Assembly: GCA_045589435.1 (NCBI GenBank)
Contig: JAZNPB010000008.1
Span: forward strand, 21,478-85,477
Source of the DNA: Eubacteriales bacterium
Lineage (GTDB): Bacteria; Bacillota; Clostridia; Oscillospirales; CAG-272
Length of the DNA: 64,000 nucleotides
Direction: 5' to 3'
The translations under genes were made by a program, and so were the position numbers. Positions 43,300-52,776 of this stretch are shown here, piece by piece (positions within the stretch are counted from its first letter, which is position 1; each line of letters starts with the position of its first letter). The notes beneath the pieces were generated by a model. That model was not told where the DNA came from. It saw nothing but the letters and a program-made list of their open reading frames with translations, and ran no database searches.

Positions 43300-43608
43300 T
43301 TAAACATCAAGCATATCGAGAATCTGTGCTTCGTTTTTTGCGCCGATTGCCTTGCTTGCGATCTCTCCGTTTTTGAGAACGATGAGGGTAGGAATGCTCA
43401 TGATTCCGAACATTCTTGCAAGGTCGCCCTCCTCATCAACGTTAACCTTTCCGATAACGTATTCGGGATGCTCCTCTGCGATCTTTTCAACGATGGGAGC
43501 TACCATACGGCATGGGCCGCACCAGTCTGCGTAGAAATCTATAAGAACGTTCTTTTCACTAGCTTTAATTTCTGCAAAGTTTTCTTTTGTTACCTTAATG
43601 TATCCCAT
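43300..43608 (-). CDS. trxA: Thioredoxin
   Basis: 102 aa with active site WCGPC in FYADWCGPCRMVAP. IPTLIVLKNGE is also present. Confidence 0.93.
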   Translation of the reverse strand: MGYIKVTKENFAEIKASEKNVLIDFYADWCGPCRMVAPIVEKIAEEHPEYVIGKVNVDEEGDLARMFGIMSIPTLIVLKNGEIASKAIGAKNEAQILDMLDV

Positions 43609-43704
43609 AATAATTTCCTTTCTGTCAGCGCGATTTGCGCAATTTTCTTTTGTGATTAAATTATATCATGTTTATATTTCGTTTTCTGTGATGAGGTCAC
43701 ATAG

Positions 43705-44700
43705 TCAGGATAAAAGCTTTGTTGTCAGTGCTTTTTCGATTTCCTCAAAGCTGAAGTTTTCGCCCTCGTCGATCCTATCGCGTATCTGTGCAAATTTTTC
43801 TGCCCTCACCCGAGATTTTAAGAATCCTTCGATCCAATAGAGAAATTTTGTACCATTTGAAAGATGCTCGAGAGCCTTCATCCTCCTATACATAGGTGCG
43901 CCGTCACCGGCATCTCTCCACGTGTCAACGAATGCAAGATCAAACCCCTCATCCGGCATCACATTTTCTGCATATTCGAAGGCATCACAGCAAACGATCT
44001 TTACTTTGTCCTTGCATCTGAAATAGGGAAGAATATATCGCTCAAACAGCCGTATTACGTCGGTGCTCTTTTCCACCACGGTTATAGATTCCACCTCCGG
44101 CTTCTCGGATACCATAAAGGCATAATATCCAAGTCCCAGTCCAAACGTGACCACTTTTCCGTATGCTGCATCTATTGCCTCCTCGCAGGTGTCAAGATCC
44201 ACGGGAGTTAAGGTCATCCACTCATTTCCACCTTCAAGCACGGCAGGGAAGTGAAATTCTTCAGTAAAAAATCCAAGCGGGGGATATTCTTTCATATCGG
44301 AAAGCTCTACCACATCACCAACGATAACACCGCGATAAGGCTTGTAGCTCTCATGGCGCAGTTCCCATTCTCCGTCCTTGACGTTGGAGATCTTAACTCG
44401 CTTGTAGTATGGGTTATCTATATATTTTTTCGTGTCCATAACTCTGACGGATGGTGTCAGATAATTCATAATAATGCGTCTATCCTCGGCTCGGTCAAAA
44501 TCAAGGCCGAAGATCTCCGATAACAGAGCAACGAGAGCCTCTTCCTTCGTAAGGCCGCTGTCGGTAAGCGCCTCAACCATCTCTCCATTGATTATTTCCG
44601 GGTAATGCTCTAGGTAATTTGCGTACAGCCTTGTTAGTCTGAAATTGTCGGAAAAGACCTCGCAAAGCCTATCAAATTTTATTTTGTCCTTATATTCCAT
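43705..44700 (-). CDS. Hypothetical protein, possible class I SAM-methyltransferase / spermidine-synthase-like fold
   Basis: Weak Rossmann-like pattern VVTFGLGLGYYAF..ITVVEKSTDVI..CCDAFEY..FDLAFVDTW. Function not assignable. Confidence 0.4.
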   Translation of the reverse strand: MEYKDKIKFDRLCEVFSDNFRLTRLYANYLEHYPEIINGEMVEALTDSGLTKEEALVALLSEIFGLDFDRAEDRRIIMNYLTPSVRVMDTKKYIDNPYYKRVKISNVKDGEWELRHESYKPYRGVIVGDVVELSDMKEYPPLGFFTEEFHFPAVLEGGNEWMTLTPVDLDTCEEAIDAAYGKVVTFGLGLGYYAFMVSEKPEVESITVVEKSTDVIRLFERYILPYFRCKDKVKIVCCDAFEYAENVMPDEGFDLAFVDTWRDAGDGAPMYRRMKALEHLSNGTKFLYWIEGFLKSRVRAEKFAQIRDRIDEGENFSFEEIEKALTTKLLS

Positions 44701-44872
44701 AAAATAACCGCCTGTGTTTTCTGCTTATATTTTACAATAAAAACCCCTCCCCGTCAAGTAAGTTTTGAAAAAAACCTTAATTAACAAGTAAAAATGTAAA
44801 AATAAATTCTAAATCTCTTGACTACAATTTAAGTCTATGTTAAAATATAAAAAAATATTTTTTGGAGGAGCC

Positions 44873-46810
44873 ATGAAAAAAGCCATATCACTATTTCTTG
44901 CTTTGATACTTATGTTATCCACTTTTATATCCTGCGACTTTTTTGGAAATGACCCTATTCCCGATCCACCGAAGACTGATGAAGAACCGGGTGATGGAAA
45001 TGTAGATGAAGTGCCCGGCGAGGAAACTATCGCCGATAGAACGAACACACCTGATGAAAATTACACTCCCAAGGGAGTCGTATTCTCCGCAGGAGCTACC
45101 CAAGAGGACGATTTTATAAATCTTTTCTCTCCCGACGTTCGCGTTGAGATCAAGATCGACATCTCCCCGGAACAGCTCCAGCTTTTGCAGTCCGACTACG
45201 AGCATTATTCCTCTTTTGGATCTAAATCTCCTATCTACCGTAAGGCTAATGTTACGTTCAAGATGACCTTGCCAAACGGTATGGTTAAGGAGCGCTTCCT
45301 TGAGGAGGTAGGCGTACGTATGAAGGGTAACACCAGCCGTACGTCTTTCTACAACGCGCAAGAGGGAATATATAACCTCATCCACCTGAAGCTTGATTTC
45401 GGCGAAACCTTTGACGATGAGGAATACTACGGTGAATCTGCCAAGGTTTGGACCGATTCCGCTGCAAGAAAGGCAAGAAAGAACCGTACATTTGCAACTC
45501 TTGAAAAGATCGATCTTCGCTGGAATAAAGAAGACGACGCAACCTATATTCGCGAGATATATTCCTACGACGCATATCGCGAGGCGGGAGTTCTTGCGCC
45601 CCACGTAAACCTTGCATCCCTTGATATGGGAGGTGAGCATCTGGGTCTGTTTACCGTAAACGAGCCTATCGACGATATATTCCTTGAAAAGAATCTACCT
45701 GAGAACCTTCTTGGCGGCGACCTTTACAAGTGCGGTTGGGGCATTAACGGCAGTGCATCATTCTTAAGCTCCAGCTCCATAGGTATCGAGGATGAGGACA
45801 ATGCGCTGTTCTACGCCTACGATTTAAAAACTAACAAAAAGACTTCGCAGCACGAGGCTCTTAAATATTTCATTGAGGAAATTAACAAAAAAGGCGTTAC
45901 GAAAGAGCGCGTAGCAGAGCTTATGGATATTGAAAACTTTATATCCTTTGCAGCTATATCCTGGTTCCTTGGAAACCCTGACGATCTTCGTAACAACGGA
46001 AATAATTATTACGTGTATTTCACTCCCGAGGGAAAAGCTATTTTTATCCCCTATGACTACGATCGCTCCATGGGCATCAGCCATGACTGGAATCCAACGG
46101 GTCACGGAATGACAAAGGATGACCCACTGACAAAAGATATGGCAGCAGGCGGAAAGCAGAACTGTGCAGTTTATCTTTTGACCGTTGTAAAGGGTGGATA
46201 CTATACCGCAGAATATCTTGATCGCTTAAGCCAGATCGCCAGCAGTACTATCTTCTCAAATGCAAAATTTGAGGATCGCTATAACAGAGCGAAAAAACTC
46301 TATACCGGCTATACCGAGCCGTCAAAGGATTTCCACAACGACGGTGGTCACCACACCTATTTTGATATCACTATAACAGCTGATCCATCTGACGGAGGCG
46401 GAAATATTTCTTATAGCGATTACATGAAGCTGAAGCTTGAAACTCTCCACAATGCTCTTGCGCCCTATATGCAGCCAAGCACGGGCAACGGCGAGAACGG
46501 TGGCAGTGAAGTTTATGAGATCGAGGATTATTACATCCGTGCAGATTTCACTAACTGGGAGATCAAGGACGGCTATAAAATGAAAAGCACCGACGGTATC
46601 GTATATACCTTCGACGTTAACGTTACCAATACTAACAGACTTAAAGTATACTATCTCGATGGTGAGGATTGGCTTGGCGAGGAGTCGGTTGATCCGGAGT
46701 GTACCGTTCCATTCGAAACAGACGGTCATGGAAATATCATCCTCTCCAGAGGTCAATATACGATCGTATATAATGCACAAACAAAGTATATAACTATTGT
46801 TAAACGCTGA
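44873..46810 (+). CDS. CotH-kinase-family protein with lipoprotein signal
   Basis: Start ATG 44873 with RBS ggagga. MKKAISLFLALILMLSTFISC lipobox. CotH-like blocks VRMKGNTSRTSFY and LRNNGNNYYVYFTPEGKAIFIPYDYDRSMG. Confidence 0.7.
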   Translation: MKKAISLFLALILMLSTFISCDFFGNDPIPDPPKTDEEPGDGNVDEVPGEETIADRTNTPDENYTPKGVVFSAGATQEDDFINLFSPDVRVEIKIDISPEQLQLLQSDYEHYSSFGSKSPIYRKANVTFKMTLPNGMVKERFLEEVGVRMKGNTSRTSFYNAQEGIYNLIHLKLDFGETFDDEEYYGESAKVWTDSAARKARKNRTFATLEKIDLRWNKEDDATYIREIYSYDAYREAGVLAPHVNLASLDMGGEHLGLFTVNEPIDDIFLEKNLPENLLGGDLYKCGWGINGSASFLSSSSIGIEDEDNALFYAYDLKTNKKTSQHEALKYFIEEINKKGVTKERVAELMDIENFISFAAISWFLGNPDDLRNNGNNYYVYFTPEGKAIFIPYDYDRSMGISHDWNPTGHGMTKDDPLTKDMAAGGKQNCAVYLLTVVKGGYYTAEYLDRLSQIASSTIFSNAKFEDRYNRAKKLYTGYTEPSKDFHNDGGHHTYFDITITADPSDGGGNISYSDYMKLKLETLHNALAPYMQPSTGNGENGGSEVYEIEDYYIRADFTNWEIKDGYKMKSTDGIVYTFDVNVTNTNRLKVYYLDGEDWLGEESVDPECTVPFETDGHGNIILSRGQYTIVYNAQTKYITIVKR

Positions 46811-46869
46811 TTTTGCAAACAATGATTTGCAAACCACCTATATTTTTCATTAAAAGGAGAATATAAATT

Positions 46870-48543
46870 ATGATGACAGATATAGAAATTGCTCAGTCCG
46901 TCACACCTAAGCACATTTTGGACGTGGCGAGGAGCATTGGCATAGATGAAAAATATATAGAGCTTCACGGAAAAGACAAGGCAAAGATCGATCTGTCATT
47001 TCTTGAAGACACGAAGGACAAAAAGTCGGGCAAGCTCATATTGGTCACTGCCATCACCCCCACCCCAGCAGGAGAGGGAAAAACTACCACAACTATCGGT
47101 CTTGCTGACGGACTTAAAAGAATTGGAAAAGACGTTACCGTAGCACTTCGCGAGCCCTCTCTTGGTCCTGTTTTTGGTATTAAGGGCGGTGCGGCAGGCG
47201 GTGGATATGCGCAGGTCATTCCTATGGAAGACATCAATCTCCACTTTACGGGTGACTTCCATGCAATAGGAGCTGCGAATAATCTTTTGGCTGCCATGCT
47301 TGATAACCACATCTATCAGGGCAACGAGCTGAATATCGACACGGAAAACATTACTTGGCGCAGATGCGTTGATATGAACGACCGTCAGCTTCGTTTCGTT
47401 CGTGACGGCCTTGGAGGAGGTCCAAACGGTGTTCCTCGTGATGACGGATATGATATCACTGTAGCATCTGAAATTATGGCAGTGCTTTGCCTTGCAAATT
47501 CGCTTTCTGACCTGAAGGCAAGACTTGCTCGCATCATCGTTGCCTATGATAAAAACGGCAAACCCATCACAGCTCATGACCTTAAAGCTGAGGGCGCAAT
47601 GACAGCCTTGCTAAAGGATGCTCTCAAACCCAACCTTGTGCAGACACTTGAAGGAACACCTGCTTTTGTTCACGGTGGTCCATTTGCAAATATCGCTCAC
47701 GGCTGTAATTCCGTAATAGCAACGAAAACAGCCTTGAAAATGGGTGAATATACTGTAACTGAGGCGGGATTTGGTGCGGATCTTGGAGCAGAGAAGTTCC
47801 TTGACATTAAATGCCGCGAGGCGAATCTTACGCCTGATGCCGTAGTCCTCGTAGCGACGGTCAGAGCATTGAAAATGCACGGTGGTCTTCCTAAAACCGA
47901 TCTTGGAGAAGAAAACATTGAGGCGCTTTGTGAGGGAATCCCCAATCTTTTGCGCCATCTTTCCAACATTAAAAACGTATATAAGCTCCCCTCCGTCGTA
48001 GCAATTAACCGTTTCCCAACAGATACCGATCGTGAGATCGATTTCATCATTGAAAAGTGTCGCGCACTCGGTGTCAACGTTGTTCTTTCTACGGTTTGGG
48101 CAGAGGGAGGCAAGGGAGGAGAGGCCTTGGCTCGCGAGGTGGTAAGACTTTGCGAAAATGAGCAGGGAAACTTTACCTTTGCATATGATTCAGAAGACAG
48201 CATTGAAGAAAAAATCAAAAAATTAACAATGAAAGTTTACGGTGGAGCAGCAGTAGAGCTTACTCCCGATGCTAAATCAGAAATTGATCGACTTACGGCT
48301 CTCGGCTTTGGAAATCTTCCGATCTGTGTTGCAAAAACACAGTATTCCTTCTCCGACGATCCCAAAAAGCTTGGCGCGCCCGAAGGATTTACCGTGACTA
48401 TAAGAAAAGTCAAGGTATCTGCCGGAGCAGGCTTTGTAGTGGTTCTTACAGGCGCTATAATGACCATGCCGGGTCTGCCAAAGGTGCCTGCCGCAGAAAA
48501 GATCGACGTTAACGAAGATGGCAAGATCGTAGGATTGTTCTGA
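46870..48543 (+). CDS. fhs: Formate--tetrahydrofolate ligase
   Basis: [18 protein letters not shown]-loop, [13 protein letters not shown], 557 aa. Confidence 0.95.
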   Translation: MMTDIEIAQSVTPKHILDVARSIGIDEKYIELHGKDKAKIDLSFLEDTKDKKSGKLILVTAITPTPAGEGKTTTTIGLADGLKRIGKDVTVALREPSLGPVFGIKGGAAGGGYAQVIPMEDINLHFTGDFHAIGAANNLLAAMLDNHIYQGNELNIDTENITWRRCVDMNDRQLRFVRDGLGGGPNGVPRDDGYDITVASEIMAVLCLANSLSDLKARLARIIVAYDKNGKPITAHDLKAEGAMTALLKDALKPNLVQTLEGTPAFVHGGPFANIAHGCNSVIATKTALKMGEYTVTEAGFGADLGAEKFLDIKCREANLTPDAVVLVATVRALKMHGGLPKTDLGEENIEALCEGIPNLLRHLSNIKNVYKLPSVVAINRFPTDTDREIDFIIEKCRALGVNVVLSTVWAEGGKGGEALAREVVRLCENEQGNFTFAYDSEDSIEEKIKKLTMKVYGGAAVELTPDAKSEIDRLTALGFGNLPICVAKTQYSFSDDPKKLGAPEGFTVTIRKVKVSAGAGFVVVLTGAIMTMPGLPKVPAAEKIDVNEDGKIVGLF

Positions 48544-48556
48544 TCGGTAGGTAGAT

Positions 48557-49129
48557 ATGAAACTTATAATCGCATCAAATAACAAGCATAAAATTCAGGA
48601 GATCAAATCCATACTTTCCGGGAAATTCGAGGAAATACTATCGCTCTCCGAGGCAGGCATTTATCATGAAACTGTTGAAGACGGTGAAACGTTTTATGAG
48701 AACTCACTGAAAAAAGCCCGTGAGATATGTGAGATATCCGGCTCAGTAGCTCTTGCAGATGATAGCGGACTTTGCGTTAACGCCCTTGGTGGCGCCCCCG
48801 GAGTTTATTCTGCAAGATATAGCGGTGAGGGGGCAAATGCTGATAGTAACAACCGTTTGCTTCTCAATAATCTTTCGGGAGCATCCGATAGATCTGCATG
48901 CTTTCTCTGCGTCATTACGCTGGTTTATCCCGATGGTAGGGTAATTGTAGCAGAGGGGAGAGTAGATGGTGAGATAATCGATTCTTACCGCGGTGAGCAT
49001 GGTTTTGGCTATGATCCACTGTTTCTCGTTAAGGGGGATGAGCGCACTCTCGCTGAAATGAGCGATGAGGAGAAAAACGCTATCAGCCATAGAGGCAATG
49101 CACTGAAAAATCTTCTTGAAAAACTATAA
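48557..49129 (+). CDS. rdgB: Non-canonical purine NTP (dITP/XTP) pyrophosphatase, Ham1/RdgB family
   Basis: MKLIIASNNKHKIQEI.., ADDSGLCVNALGGAPGVYSARY, GFGYDPLF, EKNAISHRG. Confidence 0.9.
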   Translation: MKLIIASNNKHKIQEIKSILSGKFEEILSLSEAGIYHETVEDGETFYENSLKKAREICEISGSVALADDSGLCVNALGGAPGVYSARYSGEGANADSNNRLLLNNLSGASDRSACFLCVITLVYPDGRVIVAEGRVDGEIIDSYRGEHGFGYDPLFLVKGDERTLAEMSDEEKNAISHRGNALKNLLEKL

Positions 49130-49171
49130 ATCCAAGAATTTGATAACTAGAATTTACATTTTGGAGTAATT

Positions 49172-49843
49172 ATGAGCGTTTTAATTGATATACTCAACAT
49201 CATAGGTGTAATATCTTTTGCCGCTGCGGGTGCAATGGTCGCAATAGATAAAGAAACTGATATATTCGGTGTTCTGTTTCTCTCGCTTACCACTTGTTTT
49301 GGTGGCGGTGTTCTTCGTGACACAATGATCAGCCAAGGACTTCCAAGGTTCTTTTTACCAAATATGAGAGTGGACATCGTCATATGTCTTGCTACGGCAT
49401 TTGCCGTATTCATTGCCGCAAAGGTGTTAAAAAAGAAGTACGTGGAGAACGAAGAAACGGTAAATAGTGCGAACAACGTGCTTGATGCCATAGGCCTTGG
49501 TATATTTGCATCCGGTGGAACGGAGATATGCCTTTCACTTGGATACGGTCCATTCGTAGCTATTATCATGGGGATGCTCTCAGCAGTTGGGGGAGGAATG
49601 CTTCGTGATATCATTCTTCGCGACATTCCCTTTATTCTTCGCAAGCGCGTGTATGCGGTGGCAGCAATGGCAGGTAGTGGAGTTTATTGCCTTATCAGCT
49701 ATCTTATGCAAGATATGAACTCTCGCGAGGTAGTGTCTACCATAGCGTGCCTTTCCGTAATATTCGTTATCCGTATGTGCGCAACGTACTTTAAGTGGCA
49801 GCTGCCAAAGGCTATAGTATTTTCTGAAATTGAAACGAAATAA
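49172..49843 (+). CDS. TRIC/UPF0126-family membrane protein
   Basis: Two UPF0126 repeats, each with a G-G-G-hydrophobic-LRD motif (GGGVLRD; GGGMLRD). About 7 TM. Confidence 0.75.
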   Translation: MSVLIDILNIIGVISFAAAGAMVAIDKETDIFGVLFLSLTTCFGGGVLRDTMISQGLPRFFLPNMRVDIVICLATAFAVFIAAKVLKKKYVENEETVNSANNVLDAIGLGIFASGGTEICLSLGYGPFVAIIMGMLSAVGGGMLRDIILRDIPFILRKRVYAVAAMAGSGVYCLISYLMQDMNSREVVSTIACLSVIFVIRMCATYFKWQLPKAIVFSEIETK

Positions 49844-49927
49844 TTCAGAAACCGTGGCATACGTCCGAACAAAACTCTACATTATATACAGAATGAAATA
49901 TTTCTTAAATATTTTTTAAAAACCTCT

Positions 49928-49956
49928 TTACAAACACGAATCTTTGTGTTATAATA
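49928..49956 (+). promoter_or_regulatory. Extended -10 promoter of rpsO
   Basis: TTTACA (49928-49933), 17-nt spacer ending in TGt, TATAAT (49951-49956). Confidence 0.6.
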
Positions 49957-49962
49957 TCAAAC

Positions 49963-50086
49963 GGCCTATTGCTTTGTCTTGTGTATGGCCCTGCTCCGTT
50001 TGGGTGTTGACCCTTGCGTGGCCCGCGCTTTTCACCCGCACAAAAACAAAGCTTTATGGAAATAAATTTATGAAAGGTGAAGAAAA
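49963..50086 (+). ncRNA. Structured, GC-rich rpsO 5' leader (candidate S15 autoregulatory element)
   Basis: About 125-nt leader in otherwise AT-rich DNA. Helices caaacgg/ccgtttg (about 49960-50010) and gggtg/caccc enclosing gcg-tggcc-cgc. Ends at RBS aaaggtgaag. Confidence 0.3.
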
Positions 50087-50353
50087 ATGATCGCAAAGGA
50101 AAAAAAGACAGCCCTCATCGAGACTTACAAGATTAATGAGAGAGACACAGGTTCTCCCGAGGTTCAGGTTGCTATTCTTACAGCCAGAATCAATGAGCTT
50201 ACAGTTCACATGAAGAAGAACCCAAAGGACTTCCACTCTCAGAGAGGTCTTTCCAAGATGGTTGGTCACAGAAAGCAGCTCCTTAATTACCTTGCTAAGA
50301 AGGATATCGAAAGATACAGAGCAATCATTAAGCAGCTCGGTCTCAGAAAGTAA
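50087..50353 (+). CDS. rpsO: 30S ribosomal protein S15
   Basis: 88 aa with [48 protein letters not shown]. Confidence 0.97.
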   Translation: MIAKEKKTALIETYKINERDTGSPEVQVAILTARINELTVHMKKNPKDFHSQRGLSKMVGHRKQLLNYLAKKDIERYRAIIKQLGLRK

Positions 50354-50378
50354 TTTTACTTTCCCGGGATTCATATTA

Positions 50379-50416
50379 ACGGGAACGGTGAAAATTTCAT
50401 CCGTTCCCGTTTTTAT
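50379..50416 (+). terminator. Intrinsic terminator/attenuator between rpsO and pnp
   Basis: acgggaacgg-tgaaaatttcat-ccgttcccgt followed by ttttat. Confidence 0.8.
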
Positions 50417-50577
50417 AGCCGCGGATCTCGCGGCAAAATTACGTGTAAAAAACAAGTGAGCGGAGAAAGTAGCAGTTAATTATGGGCTTGATACTTTGTG
50501 GCAGTCCGAAACTCTGATATCAAGCATATATTTAAGTGCTATTCTCAAAGCTCCCAAAAACATAAGGAGAAAACAAA

Positions 50578-52683
50578 ATGGTAGAAAATTTTAAGACCTT
50601 TGATAATTACAAGGTATTTACTACAGAAATCGCAGGCCGCCCCTTCACAGTTAAAACAGGCAAGATTGCAGGCCTTGCAAACGGTGCAGCCCTTTGCCAG
50701 TACGGCGAAACAACAGTTCTTTGTACAGCAACAGCATCTGCTGCTCCCAGAGATGGAATCGATTTCCTTCCTCTTTCCGTAGATTATGATGAAAAGCTTT
50801 ATGCAGTTGGTAAGATCCCCGGTGGATTCCTTAAGAGAGAGGGTAAGCCCTCTGAAAAGGCAGTTCTTGCAGGCCGTGTAATCGATCGTCCTATCCGTCC
50901 CCTCTTCCCAAAGGATCTTCGTAACGACATTTCTCTCATTCTTACAGTTATGTCCGTTGATCCCGACTGCTCACCTGAAATTACAGCAATGATCGGTGCG
51001 TCCATCGCCCTTTCTATTTCCGACATTCCGTGGAACGGCCCTATCGCAGGCGTGTTCATGGGTCTTGTTGATGGCAAGCTCGTTGTTAACCCCACAGCTG
51101 CAGAGAGAGCAGTTAGCGACCTTGAGCTTACGGTTGCAGCATCTGCAGGCAAGGTAGTAATGATCGAGGCAGGCGCAAACGAGGTTGCAGACGACCTTAT
51201 GTACGATGCGATCATGCAGGCACATGAGGAATGTAAGAAGATCGTTGAGTTTATTAACGGTATCGTAGCTGAGATAGGCAAAACTAAGTTTGAGTACCCC
51301 TCTTGCGAGCTTGACCACGATATGTTCGACGAGATCTTCGCATATTGCGAAGAGAGAGTAATGGAAGCTCTCGATACAGACGATAAGACAGTTCGTGATG
51401 CAAAGATGCAGCCTATCATGGAAGACATCGTTGCAGCATTTGAAGAAAAATACGAGGACATCAAGACCATACTTCCCGAGCTTATCTACAAGATACAGAA
51501 GAAGATCGTTCGTCGTTGGCTTCTCGTTGACAAAAAGAGAGTTGACGGCAGACGCATGGACGAGATCCGTCCCCTTGCAAGTGAAGTTGGCGTGATTCCA
51601 AGAGTACATGGTTCCGGTCTTTTCACAAGAGGACAGACACAGGTTCTTACAATTGCAACCCTTGGTACACTTTCCGAGGCACAGAAGCTTGAGGGACTTG
51701 ATTCCGAAACATCAAAGAGATATATGCACCACTACAATATGCCCGGCTACTCCACAGGTGAAGCAAAGTCTATTCGTAGCCCCGGCCGTCGTGAGATCGG
51801 TCACGGTGCGCTTGCAGAGAGATCTCTCGTTCCCGTTCTTCCCTCCGAGGAGGAATTCCCCTACGCTATCAGACTTGTATCCGAGGTTGTAAGCTCTAAC
51901 GGTTCTACATCTCAGGGTTCAGTTTGTGGTTCCACTCTTGCACTTATGGATGCAGGTGTTCCAATCAAGGCTCCCGTAGCAGGTATCTCCTGCGGTCTTA
52001 TCACAGCAGAGGATGGCTCTTGGGATACTATGATCGACATTCAGGGACTTGAGGACTTCTACGGAGATATGGATTTCAAGGTAGCAGGTACACATAAGGG
52101 TATTACATCCATTCAGATGGACCTTAAGGTAGACGGTCTTACTCCCGAGATCATCAAAAAGGCACTTGAATCTACACATCAGGGTAGAGATGAGATCATT
52201 GACAAGATCATTCTTGCTGCAATTCCTGCACCTAGAGCAGAGGTTTCTCCCAACGCTCCAAAGATGATCACAATGCACATCAATCCCGATAAGATCCGTG
52301 AGGTTATCGGCTCCGGTGGAAAGGTTATCCAGAAGATCGTTGCTGACACCGGTGCAAAGGTTGATATCAATGATGACGGAACAATCTTCATTGCCGCAGT
52401 TGACAGAGCAGGCGCAGATATGGCAAAGGCTATTATTGATGCTATCGTATTTGAGCCCGTTGTAGGTGAAACCTATGAGGGTATTGTAACCAGAATTATT
52501 CCTATCGGTGCATTCGTTGAGTATGCTCCCGGTAAGGAGGGTATGGTACACATCTCCAAGCTCCAGAAAACCAGAACCGAGAAGGTTGAGGACGCTGTAA
52601 CCGTTGGTGACACAGTTCGCGTTAAATATCTCGGCAAGGACGAGCGCGGTAGAGAAAATCTTTCTATGAAGGATGCTGACTAA
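50578..52683 (+). CDS. pnp: Polyribonucleotide nucleotidyltransferase (PNPase)
   Basis: Two RNase PH-like halves (RPIRPLFP; DGRRMDEIRPL; GHGALAERSL), KH (IGSGGKVIQKI) and S1 (GETYEGIVTRIIPIGAFVEYAPGKEGMVHISKL). Confidence 0.97.
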   Translation: MVENFKTFDNYKVFTTEIAGRPFTVKTGKIAGLANGAALCQYGETTVLCTATASAAPRDGIDFLPLSVDYDEKLYAVGKIPGGFLKREGKPSEKAVLAGRVIDRPIRPLFPKDLRNDISLILTVMSVDPDCSPEITAMIGASIALSISDIPWNGPIAGVFMGLVDGKLVVNPTAAERAVSDLELTVAASAGKVVMIEAGANEVADDLMYDAIMQAHEECKKIVEFINGIVAEIGKTKFEYPSCELDHDMFDEIFAYCEERVMEALDTDDKTVRDAKMQPIMEDIVAAFEEKYEDIKTILPELIYKIQKKIVRRWLLVDKKRVDGRRMDEIRPLASEVGVIPRVHGSGLFTRGQTQVLTIATLGTLSEAQKLEGLDSETSKRYMHHYNMPGYSTGEAKSIRSPGRREIGHGALAERSLVPVLPSEEEFPYAIRLVSEVVSSNGSTSQGSVCGSTLALMDAGVPIKAPVAGISCGLITAEDGSWDTMIDIQGLEDFYGDMDFKVAGTHKGITSIQMDLKVDGLTPEIIKKALESTHQGRDEIIDKIILAAIPAPRAEVSPNAPKMITMHINPDKIREVIGSGGKVIQKIVADTGAKVDINDDGTIFIAAVDRAGADMAKAIIDAIVFEPVVGETYEGIVTRIIPIGAFVEYAPGKEGMVHISKLQKTRTEKVEDAVTVGDTVRVKYLGKDERGRENLSMKDAD

Positions 52684-52694
52684 TTAGAATAAAT

Positions 52695-52738
52695 GCCACC
52701 AAAATGCGAATTTAAGTTTGCAAATTGGTGGCTTTTTG
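52695..52738 (+). terminator. Intrinsic terminator after pnp
   Basis: gccaccaa..(tgcgaa-ttta-agtttgca)..ttggtggc followed by ttttt. Confidence 0.75.
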
Positions 52739-52776
52739 ATAAAAATAATCCTAACTAAAGAAAAGGACGATATAAA

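Noticed and set aside
52684-52776. A T-box or other leader upstream of aspS.
   Set aside because: The gap is only 93 nt, and the pnp terminator hairpin (52695-52738) fills most of it. No specifier-loop or T-box sequence is visible.
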